From Amphiscolops sp. MND2022 (taxonomy: Eukaryota): 64,000 nt of DNA. The position numbers and the translations under genes were made by a program. The DNA lies in assembly GCA_964187785.1 (NCBI GenBank), contig OZ076409.1, positions 60,700,001-60,764,000 on the forward strand. The letters are read 5' to 3'. Under the pieces are notes generated by a model. The model saw only the letters and a program-made list of their open reading frames with translations. It had not been told where the DNA came from and made no database searches. This document shows, in pieces, positions 1 to 13,888 of the stretch; position 1 is the first letter of the stretch, and the number at the start of each line of letters is the position of its first letter.

Positions 1-3000
1 CAGAACAAGCCCCAGAACCAATCATTTACCATGAGGCCCGTCAACATAACCACAAGGAAATTTGATGGCAAAAGCCAAAAATTTGAATTGTTTGAAGACC
101 TTTTTCATACCATGATAAAAATGCAACCCGAGATGACAGAACAGATGAAGATTAACCACCTCCACTCCCTTCTGAGAAAAAATTGTCTCCAAACTTTCCG
201 TAACATCAACTCTTCCAACAGACAAACACTTGAAGACGTTTTAATGATTTTCCGTAGAAACAACGTCAATCCCGAATCCCAAGCTACAGCCAAACATAAA
301 TGGCACCGCCTAACATTTGACCCAGCCACTCTGAAATTGCGAGGCTTCTTGGAAGAATTAAACCAGGAGCGGAAAAAGCGTTTGGCGAAAACGCTAAAAG
401 CATGATTGATAGCTTACTCTATGCCAAACTTCCACCCAAACTCAAACGATCTGTCAACATGGCCAGATTTGAAAATGGTGAGGAAATAGTGGCACACCTA
501 GAACGCGAAATTGAACTGAACGCGCTTGAAGAATCAGAAGATTTACCTGTTGCGACCATGACATCAGCTCAGACAAAAGGTGGAGGCAACCTCCTCTCAT
601 CAGGCATTGACCCAAAAACCAATTGAACCTAGTGTAAGGAAGAAGGACACCTTTATAAAAATTGCCCAAAATTGAAAGCCAAAAAAGAAAGAGAGTCGAA
701 AGTTGGGAAAAAACCAATAATGGTATATCCTAAATGCCCCACCTGCGAAAAAAACAACCACCTAGCAGAAAGATGTTGGAAGGGAGCGGGCGCTCACCTC
801 AACCCCAAACGAAAAAAAACTGAGGACAAGGAGACAATAGACGAATCCAACAAGAAAGAAGAACCCTCAGATAACAGATCTACCATATCGAAAACACCAA
901 ATTCTATACTCAAAAATCCAAACCCAAAAAAAACTAATTTTGCCACGACTCCAAGTTTATCCGTTGACAAAAATTACCTATTTTGTCATATCTGACCCTC
1001 CATTAGCCACAAATAAAGAATATCAAAAATACACTGTTGGCATACCAACCGTTTTCTGGCAGCAACAGATGGAAGTTGCTCGAATTGAAACACAAAACAT
1101 AATTAATAACACCGATACATCTCTCCCCAAATGGGGGGATGACTATACTAACGACTTTACTACTAGATTCAGACCACTTTCCCTCATAGAAGATTACGAC
1201 CCCCTCTTATATAGATACTGACTACAACCGGGATCCTTACTGGGATGATGAATTATACGACCAACAACAACTACGATTCCATCAAAACCTATCACGTCAC
1301 ACAAATGATCAAGAAACAGACGATCCGGTGGTGAAAACAAAATAACATGCAATAATCCATCTATGGGAACCCGACCAGTCTACACCATCCGGACACTCTC
1401 AGCCCCGGGAGCGAAATGCAACACACATAAATGAGGAGACATCCGTCCTGGATGAGACCATTTTTGCTAACGTCTTTATATCTTTGGAAGGACCTCCACC
1501 TTACGTTCCTCTGTCAACTAACCTTGGCCTCAAATACAAACACAGGATGCTCTGTTTTCCCATGGACTTCGGTGCATGTACCGGTGCAAAACCGGATTCT
1601 GACCTCCGGAAAATCAAATTGATAACCCCTAAATCGATCAAAAGGAAGGTCCTCCTCCAAACTTCCCAATAATGGTAGTCAGCAGACAATTGGAAACACC
1701 AAAAGCTACAGTAGAACTCAAATTTGAAGTTGGAGGCTCTGAACTCCACGAAATTTTCGTAGTGATAGAAAACCTGACCGGACCCATGATAGGGCTCATG
1801 TTCATAGAGAAGAAACACATAGTACTGGACATGAGACAAGCGATACTAAATTTTCCTTATTTCTCCATGCAACTAGAAACCGCTGATCACAAATACTCCA
1901 ATGTCATGGAGCCGATTCTCAATCCATACGACATTACAATTCCACCTAACGACAGAGTGACAATCCAAATCCAATCTTAAATTTATTCTGAACATGCCGT
2001 GAATGGAATACTACAACCGAGTGATTCATTGCATAAAAACGGAGATGTGACATTTCGCCCGGTTATAATAACAATGACAGAATGCAACACAAAAATACAC
2101 ATAACCAATTTCACAGACCAACCATTCTGTATAAAGAAAGGACTTCATATAGCAACTTTCTCGGTACTAACTCCAGAACAACTGAAGAAAATCCAAACGG
2201 TGGATCCTGTCACAACATGGCATTCACTTCAAGAGAAAGAAGAAAATGCAGTTCAATACGTTAGTAGCCTCGTTAAAACCCACCGGAACAGCGAAGACAT
2301 GGAACAATATTGGTTCCCTACACCAGAGAATCCAGGTGATGAAACGATCTACACTCCGATTCAAAAGAGAATACTCGCAGAATTGCCTAACTTACAGCAA
2401 TTAGAACAACTCAATCCCCTAGAAAATGAACAATTAAGACAACAATTCTCGAATAATTTTGACTGGAAAGATTCCATGCTCAACAGACAAAAAATCGCGG
2501 ATATAGAAAACTTCCTGGTATAGAAACCGTCCTTTCACGACATATTTGCGCGTCACAGACTTGACATTGGAATGAATGAGGAAATTACCATCAAACTAAC
2601 ACCAAAAGACGACCCACCAGCATAGAGCCTTATTCCACCTACCCCAGTAAACCTCAAAGACGACATTATGTCTGAATTAGCACTACTACACAAATACGGA
2701 ATAATCGCAACATTACCGTTCTCAAAATACGCCACCCCTATTTTCGCACAGAAAAATCCAAACGGTAAACTGCGCCTCCTAGTAGATCTTAGAAAAATCA
2801 ATAACCTCATTTCCGACAATTACCAGAATAATAACCACTCAGTTAGTACATTAACTGACGCCGCAAAACACATGGCAGGCAAAAAGCTATTTTGCAAACT
2901 TGACTGCTCGCAAGCCTACCATTGCCTACAAACGGCTGACCAAAAGTCATTTGAATAATTAGCATTCAATTTCGCAAGCAAGACATTTTCGTAGAGGCGA

Positions 3001-5215
3001 CTTTCACAAGGATCCTGCAGATCATTGTCTGCCTTCTCCATCTCGATGCGGGAATATCTAGATCCAGGCAAACCAATGTGCCCAATTGTCGATCATATTG
3101 GGATAGCAGCCAACAGCGCGGACAAATTACTGAAAAACCTACGCGAAACGTTCAAGTGCATTCGCCAAGCCGGACTCAAGCTAACAAAGCATAAATGCCA
3201 CTTCGGAGCCAACTTCCTAAGACGAGCAATCACTCCAACAGGAGTTAAACCTCAGAAGGAAAACGTGCAAACCTTCCTAGAGAAAACCAAATTTTCAGAA
3301 TCAAAAAAAAAGATTTCCAACGATACCTTGGGTCCCTTACTTACTATAGAAATTACATCCCAGGACTATCGGAAAAAATAGCACCATTTTTCCAAATGCT
3401 CAATTTTGACGACAAGGTATTAGTTACCCAAGAACTAATACAGCATTTCAACGCCATCAATAAAGACCTAGACCGATGCGGCGAGTTGACACTCAAACAA
3501 CCATTGCCTAACAAACAATTGGCTTTAAATGACTGACGCCAGTTTTTCAGCAGCAGGATATGCCCTCCTCACGGAAGACGATCCCGAACAAAATTACACC
3601 TCATTAAGGAAAGCTTATGCTCCAATAGCATATGGCTCGAAAACATTCACACCCTCACAACTGAAGATGTCCAAATATGCCAAAGAATTTCTATCCAAAT
3701 ACTCTGCATTCAAGGAATTTGGACATATCTTCTCGGGAGCAACACAGCTCATAATCATACTTACGGACAATAAAGCGGTCACCAAATTCTTCCAAACAAA
3801 GATAGTCCCACCGCCACTATGGAACCCCTGTCACTATTATAACTGTATCATAACAGCAATTGATATTGATGTATTCTCAAGATACCTGTTCGCATACCCG
3901 TTAGTCGAGGCAACAGCAACATCGACAGCTAAAGTTCTCATTGATATAATGACCAAACACTGATACAACGCTGCTAACGGACAAAGGGTTGGTATTCACA
4001 TCAATCATCATTGAAGAAATAACCTAAGATCAGGGAACAACACTCAAATGTGCCACAACAAAACACCCACAAACTATAGGCAAACTCGAGCGAACTCACG
4101 CCTCACTCAAAACAAACCTCAAAATGGCATCAGGCGAGTATCGTCGTCAATGGCACAAATACTTACCCTTAGCAGTGTTGAACTATAAGACCACATACCA
4201 TACGACCCTTGGGTGTGAACCAACTCGCGTTTTCTACTGTCGGATACCGCACAAAATATTGGATCATGGAATAGGTATCAATCCTAATGAAAAATTCTTA
4301 CCAACAACAGAAGAATTACAAAGAAAAACGCAAATACTTATAGACCAAACAAAACACAATGTCATGCAATCGTATTTGAAATACAAAGAATATTATGATC
4401 ACAAGGCCGCGCTGCACCATTAAAAGAAAAAGACTTTTGTTTCGTCTTACAGTCTAAAGGGGTCCACCAAGTATATAAAATCCCATTCAGTGATTAAAGA
4501 TGGGTTGGTCCTTACATTGTCTGAAAAACCTTGTCTAATGACACTTACATAGTGCGCAAAATTAACACCAACAAAACACAAATCTTGCATCGAATACGCT
4601 TGAAAAAATTTTTCCTTAATAAATCGATCATCGATTCCTATCAAAATGAAAAAGTTCAAGCAGATGATGATATTATCGTACCGCAAGATTATGTGTACAC
4701 ACTAGCATGGGAAACTGACTTCGGTTACCAACTTATAGAGCATCCCGATACCGTGTCTATACCAGTGTCTGCGCGACAAGAAGCGCATGAGACGGAGACG
4801 GCTGACGAAGCGGCTACGACTCGCACACGCGAAGATAGCAATCCAAACAATCCGAATAGCTTTGACGTTAACGACAAGTCCGTTCGGAGTCACGCAACAA
4901 GACACAACGACGTCACACCACTTACTAATGAAACAAACGAACAACAACCTGTCCCGGATTTGTCAAAACAGCGTCAAACGAATGAAAACGCACCAAAAGA
5001 CGATGAAAATAAATTTGAGAAAACCAAGGAAAGTCACGTCAAAGAAACTATTGATGACTCTAAAGACTATTTAGCCGGGGGAGATATTACCGTGACCGGC
5101 AAATCAGAAAACGATAAAAATGTAAAAACAAACAAAAATAAGAGTCCTAGAGGAGGGAAATAGAACCTTCGACCTAACCCCCTCCCCCAGCTATACTGAT
5201 GATTACAGATAGACT
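1..5215 (+). mobile_element. Degraded Ty3/Gypsy LTR retrotransposon gag-pol (5' end outside window; multiple stops, frameshifts and internal deletions)
   Basis: Gag-like FDGKSQKFELFEDLF and zinc knuckle CPTCEKNNHLAERC; protease C-terminal region (IGLMF); RT motifs (PIFAQKNPNGKLRLLVDLRKIN, KLDCSQAYH); RNase H (TDASFSAAG...YGSK...KEFL...TDNKA); integrase (IDVFSRY, GKLER, YKTTYHTTLGCEP, WVGPY). Order PR-RT-RH-IN is Gypsy-type. Confidence 0.93.
1925..2165 (+). pseudogene. Degenerate dUTPase-like domain between protease and RT
   Basis: DITIPPNDRVTI and IHITNFTDQPFCIKKGLHIA resemble the N- and C-terminal strands of trimeric dUTPase folds; catalytic motifs not recognisable. Confidence 0.5.
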
Positions 5216-7274
5216 CAAAACTAAATTGATAACCCCTTTTTTCTCATTTTAATATATATTGGAATCTTGAAGGGGACATGCATTATTCTCTAGCAAATAA
5301 TTTGGTCTCCAAGCAATTGGATAAAATAAACAAAAACAGACATTTTCACTCATGACATACAGATGAACGATGAGTTTATAAACACAAACTTCTCTATAGA
5401 AATGAAAGTACATAACAAATGAATGAGTTTGAGCACGACAAGGAAAGAATTAAAACATAGAAGTTCCTTGCAAATCAGCAACACCTCGGGCTACATAAGA
5501 TTTGCTGACGCTACCAAACCATTTACGACCCTTTACTCGGCGGCTGGGTCGAAGTGGTAACAGCTCTGAACTAGCTGTTCCAGCAGGCCTAACATGTACC
5601 CGTCGGGAGCTCTCCTTTTATGAGCAAAGTGGGACAATTTAGAAAGAAAGACAGAGACACCTAGGTCCCGCGAGGACGCCTATATACTCGTCTCTGCATT
5701 CTTGTTCGCTAGTGCTCTGAACCCACCCTCTCAATTTAAAGCCACAGTAAATGTCGCTGAAACATCTCGTGCCGAAATCCAGTGGCATATCTATCATGAC
5801 GTGGGGATCGAAACAAGCCATTCCTCGAACATTGTTTGTGGTCATAGTGATATGCTTGCGGGCGCCCTCAATGAGGAAGAGATAATAATTGCGAGCCGAA
5901 TTACAAAACTCGGTACGTAGTGTGGACACAAGTCATCAAGAATTGAGCGATCTAGCTTTTTGTCGCTGAGCTCCGCGGCTGCTTTCTTTCGCAACGCAAC
6001 ATCCATCTTACTCGTGAGGTTAAACGTGTGTAGAAAACCCTCTGGCAGTAAGGCTTCTTGGCTCTCTATATGCAGGAAAGGAGGCCGGTCCAATCGTCGT
6101 CAGCAGGGACACAGCGGTCTATCAGGCACGGCACACACAACTTATGAATAAAGCGTGATAACTGACCATAGATGTGGAAACCGGCATGCCTCCTGTTGTT
6201 GAGTGAACGCTCGAACTATGTGACGACTTAAACGCGAACAACACATATAGCATAAGAAGCCTGTGAAAATTACACTATGACATATAGGAATTGTGTACAC
6301 ATCTGAGACATATAGAAACGCGAAACAACCTGGGTCATAAATAGTTAAGGATAAGTCAGGTATGTTCGGTAATGTAGACAACAGTTGTCAGAAAACTTAC
6401 AGTCGTGCACGATTCGGGAGAAGAGCTCGAGTTTGATGGTGAACAGATCAGATTGTCCATCAGGATCATCCAGTCCAAGGTCTGCGGCTGAAAGTGAACA
6501 CGAATAATAAACTAGACTTGTATTTCCTCAAAAAATCGACCAGATTGTAACTAAACTTCGTCCTAATGCCAGCCATTTCTTGGTACCGAGTTGTCTTCCG
6601 AAGGTACTCGCTCACTTGGGACCAGTGCGTTAACAGCTCGTGGCACACTAGGGGCAAAGTCATAAACTGGATTTTGCGCGCAAGAATAGCCTGAAAAGAC
6701 AACGAACTTAACGTACGTACATAGAGAATTGAGATCAAGGAAACTACAAAATACCTTATTCAGCTCATGGCACTCCAAGGTCCAGCTGAGGGACAAGCTG
6801 CCTCCAAGAGAAACTATCAGACCCTGGAGGACTGAAAAGAAATCCACCATCTCGAACACACTACGGGGGGACAACCATGAGGGTTATCACTGGAGGTTGA
6901 CAGTTTCAAAACGAAATGGTGATTGCAGGGTGTGTTTGAAAACTCCGAAATCGTCAATAGTCTGGATAAAGTCTTTGGGACAACCACAGACAGCAACCAA
7001 TTGGGGCCTGGTAGAAACAGCGGAAAGGACCCTTGACAATGACCTCTTTTCCCCAGCTAAATGAGGACTTTGTAGGCCGTATCTGCACAAGAAGGCCTTG
7101 ACGAGGCTTTCAAATTTCCAGAAGCTGATGAAGACATGCTTGAAGCACCCACACTTCCTCAAACTCTAACGCAAATTGACCAGTGGTGAGGAGCTGTTGC
7201 CCAAGATTATTGAGCAGGCAGATGAAGAAATGATACAAGACAACCTATTAAACAGAAAATACGAGTTAGGAGAG

Positions 7275-9175
7275 TGTGGAAATTTTAGTTTTTGGCGTCT
7301 GCGAAAACCCATTGTGTTGCGCGAAGTGCATACGATCGACAGAAATATAATAATCATGTTTTTAGACCGTCGTAATAGTGAAAACAGCTGAACAGTGAAC
7401 CCATGTTTCGATATGGCTTATTTGGCAAACGGAATGTAGAAAGAATAAATTTGATTGTTTGAGGAAGATAGAATTGACGCCAACAACGAATTTGTTCGAA
7501 TTAGCTAAGTTAGAATCGACCGCTTAGAACGAACATTACCAAGTTTTTCCTTTGAGAGAAAATGAGAGGATGTGAAAAAACACCACCCCCCCCGTCCCGG
7601 TGAACTACTGAACCGATCCCGCTGAAATTTGGCACACGTATACCTGAGGTGTTATGCTACTCGCCAATGAAAACGGAACCGAGCCGAGACTCCCAGTCCC
7701 GGGCTATTAGCACCGGAAGTGGCCTAGGTCGACCCCCCTATGAACTCGTCGGCCAAGCACGGAAAAAGTCGTATTATATATATGATCGATAGCCCATATG
7801 ACATTAGGCCGTTTGCGAATGTTTTGGGAACCCTACGACGCGCGTAGGAGGAGCACGGACCCTAAGTAAATAAACCCCGAACGTTATGTAAATCGCCAAC
7901 GGATGACCCGAAGATCATGAATCTTACCCGAGATGTTCACCTAGTAACACTAAGTAATATACATGCAAGATACATCGATCGATACACCACGCGCGGAGTA
8001 TTGTTTGTTTAAGGCACGCGGGACCGGACGCACGGGCCCGACCGATAAATGACATTTGACCTTGGCTTGTAACATATCAAACGAACCGGAATAATGAACG
8101 TAGTCGCTTTATAACAAGAATGAGACCGTATTTGTAACCCATGCGGGGGTAGCCGCCTTAAGTAAACAAACCATACGCATATCATGTAACTCGAAGACTA
8201 TTGACCCTAGGATGACATAACTTGGCATGTAACAACTCTGGATGAGGGCAATTAACTTCAAGGTCACCGATGGACCTCAAGGTCATTCCAGATGCAACTT
8301 AGGAACATATAGAGAAACTTGTGATAAAACATGTAAATCAGCGTCTTTAAGTGATAATTTATGCAATTCAGCCAGGCGGAACGATTCGCGATGCATTGCG
8401 CCCAAAAGGACGGAAAAGTAACCCTCACACGTAGAGAGCATGTAAACCATAAAATTGAAGGTCATTAAACGATTGGCTCGATATTGGAAATATCTTGGTT
8501 GACTTGAATTATTATTGAAATGTGAACTTTGTACAACCATTGTTGAACTATTTGTCGTTGGCGGCGAAGAATGTTTGACCGAAAAAATAACTAAGGCGCT
8601 GCCATGCCATAAAAGGAAAGGAGACACATGAAGTTAAAAGCATGCAAATAAAAGAGCGACATCGGTACAACAAAAATGCAGCTGATGAATAAATATCTCA
8701 GGGAGGGAAAAAAGACCGATTTAAGACACAAGAACGATTACGAAGTTAAGAGTAAGTTGAGCCGCGTGCGGGCAGGAAACCTACTCGAGAACGATTTGAC
8801 TTAACTGCTTTGTGAGAGCAGCGAATTAGTTACAAGTCCAGGACTTGGAAATCTTAGTGTGAATCGTGATTCTGGCACAGTCTTGTCGAGTTATTGTATA
8901 TAATTCATTCACCTGCTGTGCTATTGTTATTGTTTGATTAAGTAGTTACGTACTGTGGAAATATTCAACTTGTATTATCCAGATAACTCCTGAATTAGAG
9001 TATTAATTGCGAGTAACTTTTCAATAGTATTTTTGGAGTCGAAGCTTGAGCACCGGAGAGACTTTGTGAAAAGAGTACGCGGTACGTGGACGAAACTTAC
9101 TCACTAAAAACTAAATCTTTCTATTAGAATCGAGCAGTGGGATTCCTCTCCAACCCTCTAGCAAAAATTTCTACA
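7275..9175 (+). repeat. 5' LTR
   Basis: Starts TGTGGAAATTTT and ends AAAATTTCTACA (imperfect terminal inverted repeat); near-identical to 13889-15788. Confidence 0.97.
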
Positions 9176-9176
9176 G

Positions 9177-9194
9177 TGGCGCTCCTGGGTGGGC
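9177..9194 (+). promoter_or_regulatory. Primer-binding site, probably tRNA-Asn
   Basis: TGGCGCTCCTGGGTGGGC, 1 nt after the LTR; its reverse complement GCCCACCCAGGAGCGCCA resembles the 3' end of metazoan tRNA-Asn. Confidence 0.75.
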
Positions 9195-9382
9195 AATTTT
9201 CGTAGTTCTGTATCGCTGTTATTTTGGAATTGTTTTACTGGGACTTAGCTGTAATCCCTTGACGACGCGATCAAAACAAGCACATTATCTGATGAGGTTG
9301 ATCGACTGAGAACGTTTTCGTACGATAGAACAGAGAGGTTTCTCTATTGCAACTAGTTGGTGCCTGAAGTAACGCTTTGGGT

Positions 9383-11716
9383 ATGGAAGACGAACAGCGA
9401 CTTGCAATAATGGAGGCTGTCGCCCAAGGTGTGATACAGGGCCTCAACGGGAATGAGAATCGGCTGTTTGGCAATGGAGCAATCAGACCTGACAGCTTCC
9501 CCTCGCAGAACTATCCAGTTTGGTCCCAATGGAAAACGCACTTTTGCAGAGTTGGCAGAACAAACGGATGGACAGAGTTGTAAAGTCTACAAGCTGTGCC
9601 TGTGTGCTTGATTGGGTACGCATTGGACGAGTACAACGCTGCGCCTCGAGAACTGGGAGAGCAAGTGGATGGGGAAGATGCACCTACGTTAGCTGCACTA
9701 TTCAATCACCTGGGGAGAGAAATGGGAATGATGCGAAATGACCGTCTGGGGAAAGCAGAAATCAGACAACTGCGACAGCGACCAGAGGAAACCCTGAGGG
9801 AATTTGCCCGACGAGTGAGAAACATTGGAAAGATTGCCTACTCAGAGAAGGACCCCAACACGAGAGACGAGTTGTTTCGGGAGAACTTTCTCGAGGGTTT
9901 GAGCGACGTACAACTGGAAGTTCAGTTGTTGAAAGAAAACCCACAAACATTTGGGAATCTAGTGGACAGGGCCGTTGACTTGGAAGTTATTGCTCGAACA
10001 ACACGTGGCCATTCACGGAATGAACAAGAGCAGTACGAAGAGTTCGGAAGGCAGCAAGACTCAAGTCGTGACATCCGTGGTTATTAAGACGAACCGTGGA
10101 AAGAAGGGTTACAACAGCTCACTAGAAGAATGGACCAGATGACGCAGATGATGATGACTTTCATGGAAACTCTGTCAACAATTGTGAGGCCTGAGAAGCA
10201 GGCTGGGATGACAGACCCACCCAAACGCGAGGTCACCCCTGTGGCGACCGAACAAAAATTCAAGGGGAATTGCGGTTTTGTAGCCGATATCTGCCCTGTT
10301 TGCGATGGTTTTGGACATTTTTCCCAGCAATGCCCCAAACGGCAGGTGATGGTCGAAGACGCTCCTGAGGTGCACGGGAAGTTGACAAGAGAGAAAGCTG
10401 CACAAATTGTTGAGAGGGCCGGCTTAGCAATTGAAAGAAAAGCGCTGAACGCTGTGCGTGTGGTAGACTGTTCTGGTTGTAACAGCGGGGTTTTCGTGAA
10501 AGCCCGAATCGAGGGAAGAGAGATGGACATTTTGTTGCACACGGGAGCTGGCGTGAACGTGGTGGACTCAAGTACAATGGAATCGTTTAGACCCCCTGAT
10601 GAGGTCGAAGAATTTCGTGGAGAGTTGCGGTCTGTAGACGGTCAACCAGTGACGACTAAAAGACTAACCCGACTGAATTTGCAGCTGGGACCCTTGAAGG
10701 AGCAGGAAAAATTTGTGGTGGTTCCCCACTGCGAGCCATCCGTTATTCTAGGCTTGAACTTCGTGAAAAAGCATAGAATGATTTTTGACTTTGGGAAAGA
10801 CGAACTGTCCATACCTCCTCTGTCCCCGGAACCGCTGAAAATGAGAGTTGTTGCATCGCAATGGGGCGAAGACGGAGGAAGTTGTTACCAGCGGAGCACC
10901 AGTGACAGCCGTGAAAGCGCGGAGACTGAACCCTCACGGTCGACATCCTCCACTCAGCACTGGAGCGTTCCCGACAGCAAGAATCCAAGATGGGATTCCG
11001 GAGAGAAACCGCCACCAAAGCGATGGGACGCAATGATAGTGGACACAGATGCTAATTTCTGCATGGTATCGACAACAGAGTCTCAAAACAGGAGTGATGG
11101 CAGCGGATGCTCCATCGTTACTAGCCTGAAACCTTATCAGATGACCCTTTTTGGCGATGATGACGTCGACGGAGGACGCGGAAACCTGAAGTACAAAGAG
11201 ATCGAAGGAGACCTATTTTCGTCCAAAGGTTGTTTGGCTGACTGTTTTTCGGCAGATTTCCACATGGGGATCGGAGTTGCCAAGCAAGTCAAAACGAGTT
11301 ATCCCACTACCTATCCGAAGGGTGTCAACCACAAGAAACAGCCAGTTTTTGCGCAGTGGATTGAAGGAGAACGTCGTTACGTGTATCACTTGGTCACCAA
11401 ACAACGATACTTCGAGAAACCGACCTACGACTCCGTGGAAACGTCGCTGCAACAGATGAGAACCCACGCGGAGTGGTCTGGGGTCCACAGAATAGGCCTG
11501 TCGAGGATGGGCTGTGGCTTGGATAAACTGAATCGGAGTGAAATACGAAGCCTAATTAAAGACGTCTTCAAAGGGAGTCACGTAGCTATTACAGTGTATG
11601 TAGTCCCTCAGCAGAACCCGACTCCCAATTGCGAGACTGACGTCGAAGAAGTTGGAAGCAGAAGGGGAGAACGCCCTTCGCCGACACATTCCAGCTCGGA
11701 GTACATTGACGACTAG
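9383..11716 (+). pseudogene. Gag-CCHC knuckle-aspartic protease-macrodomain polyprotein (one frame, in-frame stops at 9581 and 10085)
   Basis: ORFs at 9377, 9596 and 10130 share a frame; gag QRPEETLREFARR/FLEGL; CPVCDGFGHFSQQC; protease LL(H)TGAG...ILGLNF; macrodomain at the C-terminus. Confidence 0.9.
11186..11599 (+). other. TARG1/OARD1 (Poa1p-like) macrodomain, ADP-ribose glycohydrolase fold
   Basis: GDLFS, LAxCxSADxxMGxGVA, YVYHLVTKQRYFEKPTY, SLQQMR, RMGCGLDKL and DVF...ITVY match hallmark motifs of the TARG1 class. Confidence 0.92.
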
Positions 11717-12668
11717 TTCGACAGGAACCAACAATCAGAACTTTGAAAGTTCAAAGAGCGAGGGTTGCGGTCTCTCCGACACAAGAGGAGCGAGAATGCA
11801 GGTTTTTTGGTCAGTCAAACGCGGAGCGGCTCAGCCGGATGCCACTGGACCGTACAAACGTGAGAAGATGATGGCTTAATGAACAACTATCACTTCGGGA
11901 GATTGACGTGTCTTTGGTTAGATGTATTTGACCCGAAACTTCGATTCGGCTTGACGACTTTTCGAAACTTAGTGAAACTTTCCTTAATCTTAATTTTTGT
12001 TTTTGTTTTTTTTTATATAAATCAGGTAACGCGCCACCCGTGAACACCTGAAACCCCCTGTGACGTTGTTTCGAAGCGAGCAGAAGGGAAGAAAGAATTT
12101 TTAATTAGCAGTGCTAGATATTAGAAATTCGGGTATTACTAAAACAACGGCGCCTCGAAACAATGTCCCCCCAAGGCTCAAGGCATGTTCTTGTGTATAA
12201 TTTTTACGACCCAACGAGACCTGTTCCTGAGGATTCCCCCTTCCAAAGAAAGTATGTCTCTTCGACGAATTATGACCATTGCCCCATGTTTTAATCGCCC
12301 TGAGATACTCTTCCATCAAAGCGCTGTTCCGCCTTGTCTATATTTTTTTTATTATCTACGATCAATCGACCTCCCCTCCCTAAAATGACTACCCCGAGTT
12401 AATGATGCGGTGAAAAATCAGAGTTTTGTACCTAGTGATGAATCGTAGCCCCCCAGATTTGCTTTGATATAGTTTTGTGCAGTATTTTTTTGTTACATTC
12501 TTTGACCCTTGCACCCTTCTCTTTATAGAAGACTCGACCAAACCCTGAATCGTACTCGTTCGTAAGCATTAAAGGGGACTTTCTCAAATTAGAGGGAGAA
12601 CTATGAATACTGTATTTCAATTATAACGAAAGAAGTCAATGATTACAGACGATGCTTATACGGATGAA

Positions 12669-13094
12669 CTAAAGTAAGAAATGTGGAGGGGTTGGCTCCC
12701 GCAGAGCACCCCAGAGTTTTTGGCGGGCAATGAGGAAACGAAGTTGTTGCACTCCCACCAGACCAATCTCCGATGTGGCTAAGTTCCTCAGAAAGATGAC
12801 AAATTCTACCCAACCAGGGCTAAGGTAGTCCAGACATAACGCGCCCAATTCGCCCTCCACGGTCAGCTGGACCTCGTGATGCTCTGCAATTTCCATACGG
12901 GTGATCTCGAACACCACGCGGAAGTACTGAGATTCCCAATACAGACTCAATAGGAAAGAACCTTGTGCCATGTTGCTATTCTCGTTTTGATATAGGCGTA
13001 GAGGAAAGCGTATGGATGTATAATTTAGCAGTACCGAAACTCCGAGCTGACGAAAGTTGACTGTGGTAAAAGAGTAAATATGTCGAGTAAACAA
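12669..13094 (-). CDS. Antisense hypothetical ORF (141 aa) inside the non-autonomous LTR element
   Basis: Open frame only; no recognisable motif. Confidence 0.25.
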   Translation of the reverse strand: MFTRHIYSFTTVNFRQLGVSVLLNYTSIRFPLRLYQNENSNMAQGSFLLSLYWESQYFRVVFEITRMEIAEHHEVQLTVEGELGALCLDYLSPGWVEFVIFLRNLATSEIGLVGVQQLRFLIARQKLWGALREPTPPHFLL

Positions 13095-13876
13095 AACTTA
13101 CAACGACAAAAATCCCACTTCAATTAATTTTTGATTCTTTGACATACTTCTGAAAGCGAATATCTAAGCAAGTAAAAGGAGAACCATGAAAACCCGTACC
13201 CGAATGTTGCTGAAAGTAATGAACTACAGGAAACAATTGTTTGCTCTCTAAACAGATCTCGAAGTGGCCCTCCAAATGAAACCTCACGAGTACGAAAGAC
13301 TTGAAAACAAACATTTTCGTTAGAGTGGATAGACTTCGCAAAATAAATTTGCCGAGCAAACAAAGACAAGAACGGGGAGATATTCACATTATTTCAATTT
13401 TGGCTGCTTAGCGAGTGTTAGTAAAACTAGCTTTTATTGAATGGCGTATATGGCATTATACTGGTCTTGGGACTGCGGAATTTGATGAAATAGTAATTCT
13501 AGAAAGTGTCGGGAGTAACATATCGCAGACAGTTTTCAATACAGGGACCTATTCATGTTACCCATCAGATAGTTCATTCTATGAAGTTTCATTGGTTCAA
13601 CATTTTCATGACTAAATAACCACAGGGTGCTACTTTAATAAAATTATGTTTAAATTGACTGATAAATATTTATCATTTCTTTTATGCTGTGTTATACTAG
13701 TTCTTGAAATCTTTAGATATCATCAATAATCGGTACCATTGTTTTTTTTGGAAATCGTTCTGAACAATGCCTAGCCCCCCAGAATCGTTGATCATGTTTA
13801 AACTGGACCCCACGATTCAGCCTATGAAAACGGTTAATTCGAAAAATGTTAGGTTTATTCGGGAGAATAAAAGTTC

Positions 13877-13888
13877 AGAAAAGAAGAG
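13877..13888 (+). promoter_or_regulatory. Polypurine tract
   Basis: AGAAAAGAAGAG immediately before the 3' LTR. Confidence 0.8.

Noticed and set aside
8283..8627. 114-aa minus-strand ORF in the LTR
   Set aside because: Broken into two frames in the other LTR and has no motif; probably chance.
10084..10542. 152-aa minus-strand ORF
   Set aside because: Antisense shadow of the gag-protease frame.
11186..11599. Host OARD1 gene or bacterial DarG contamination
   Set aside because: Intronless, in frame with gag-protease and enclosed by LTRs with a TSD; no darT neighbour.
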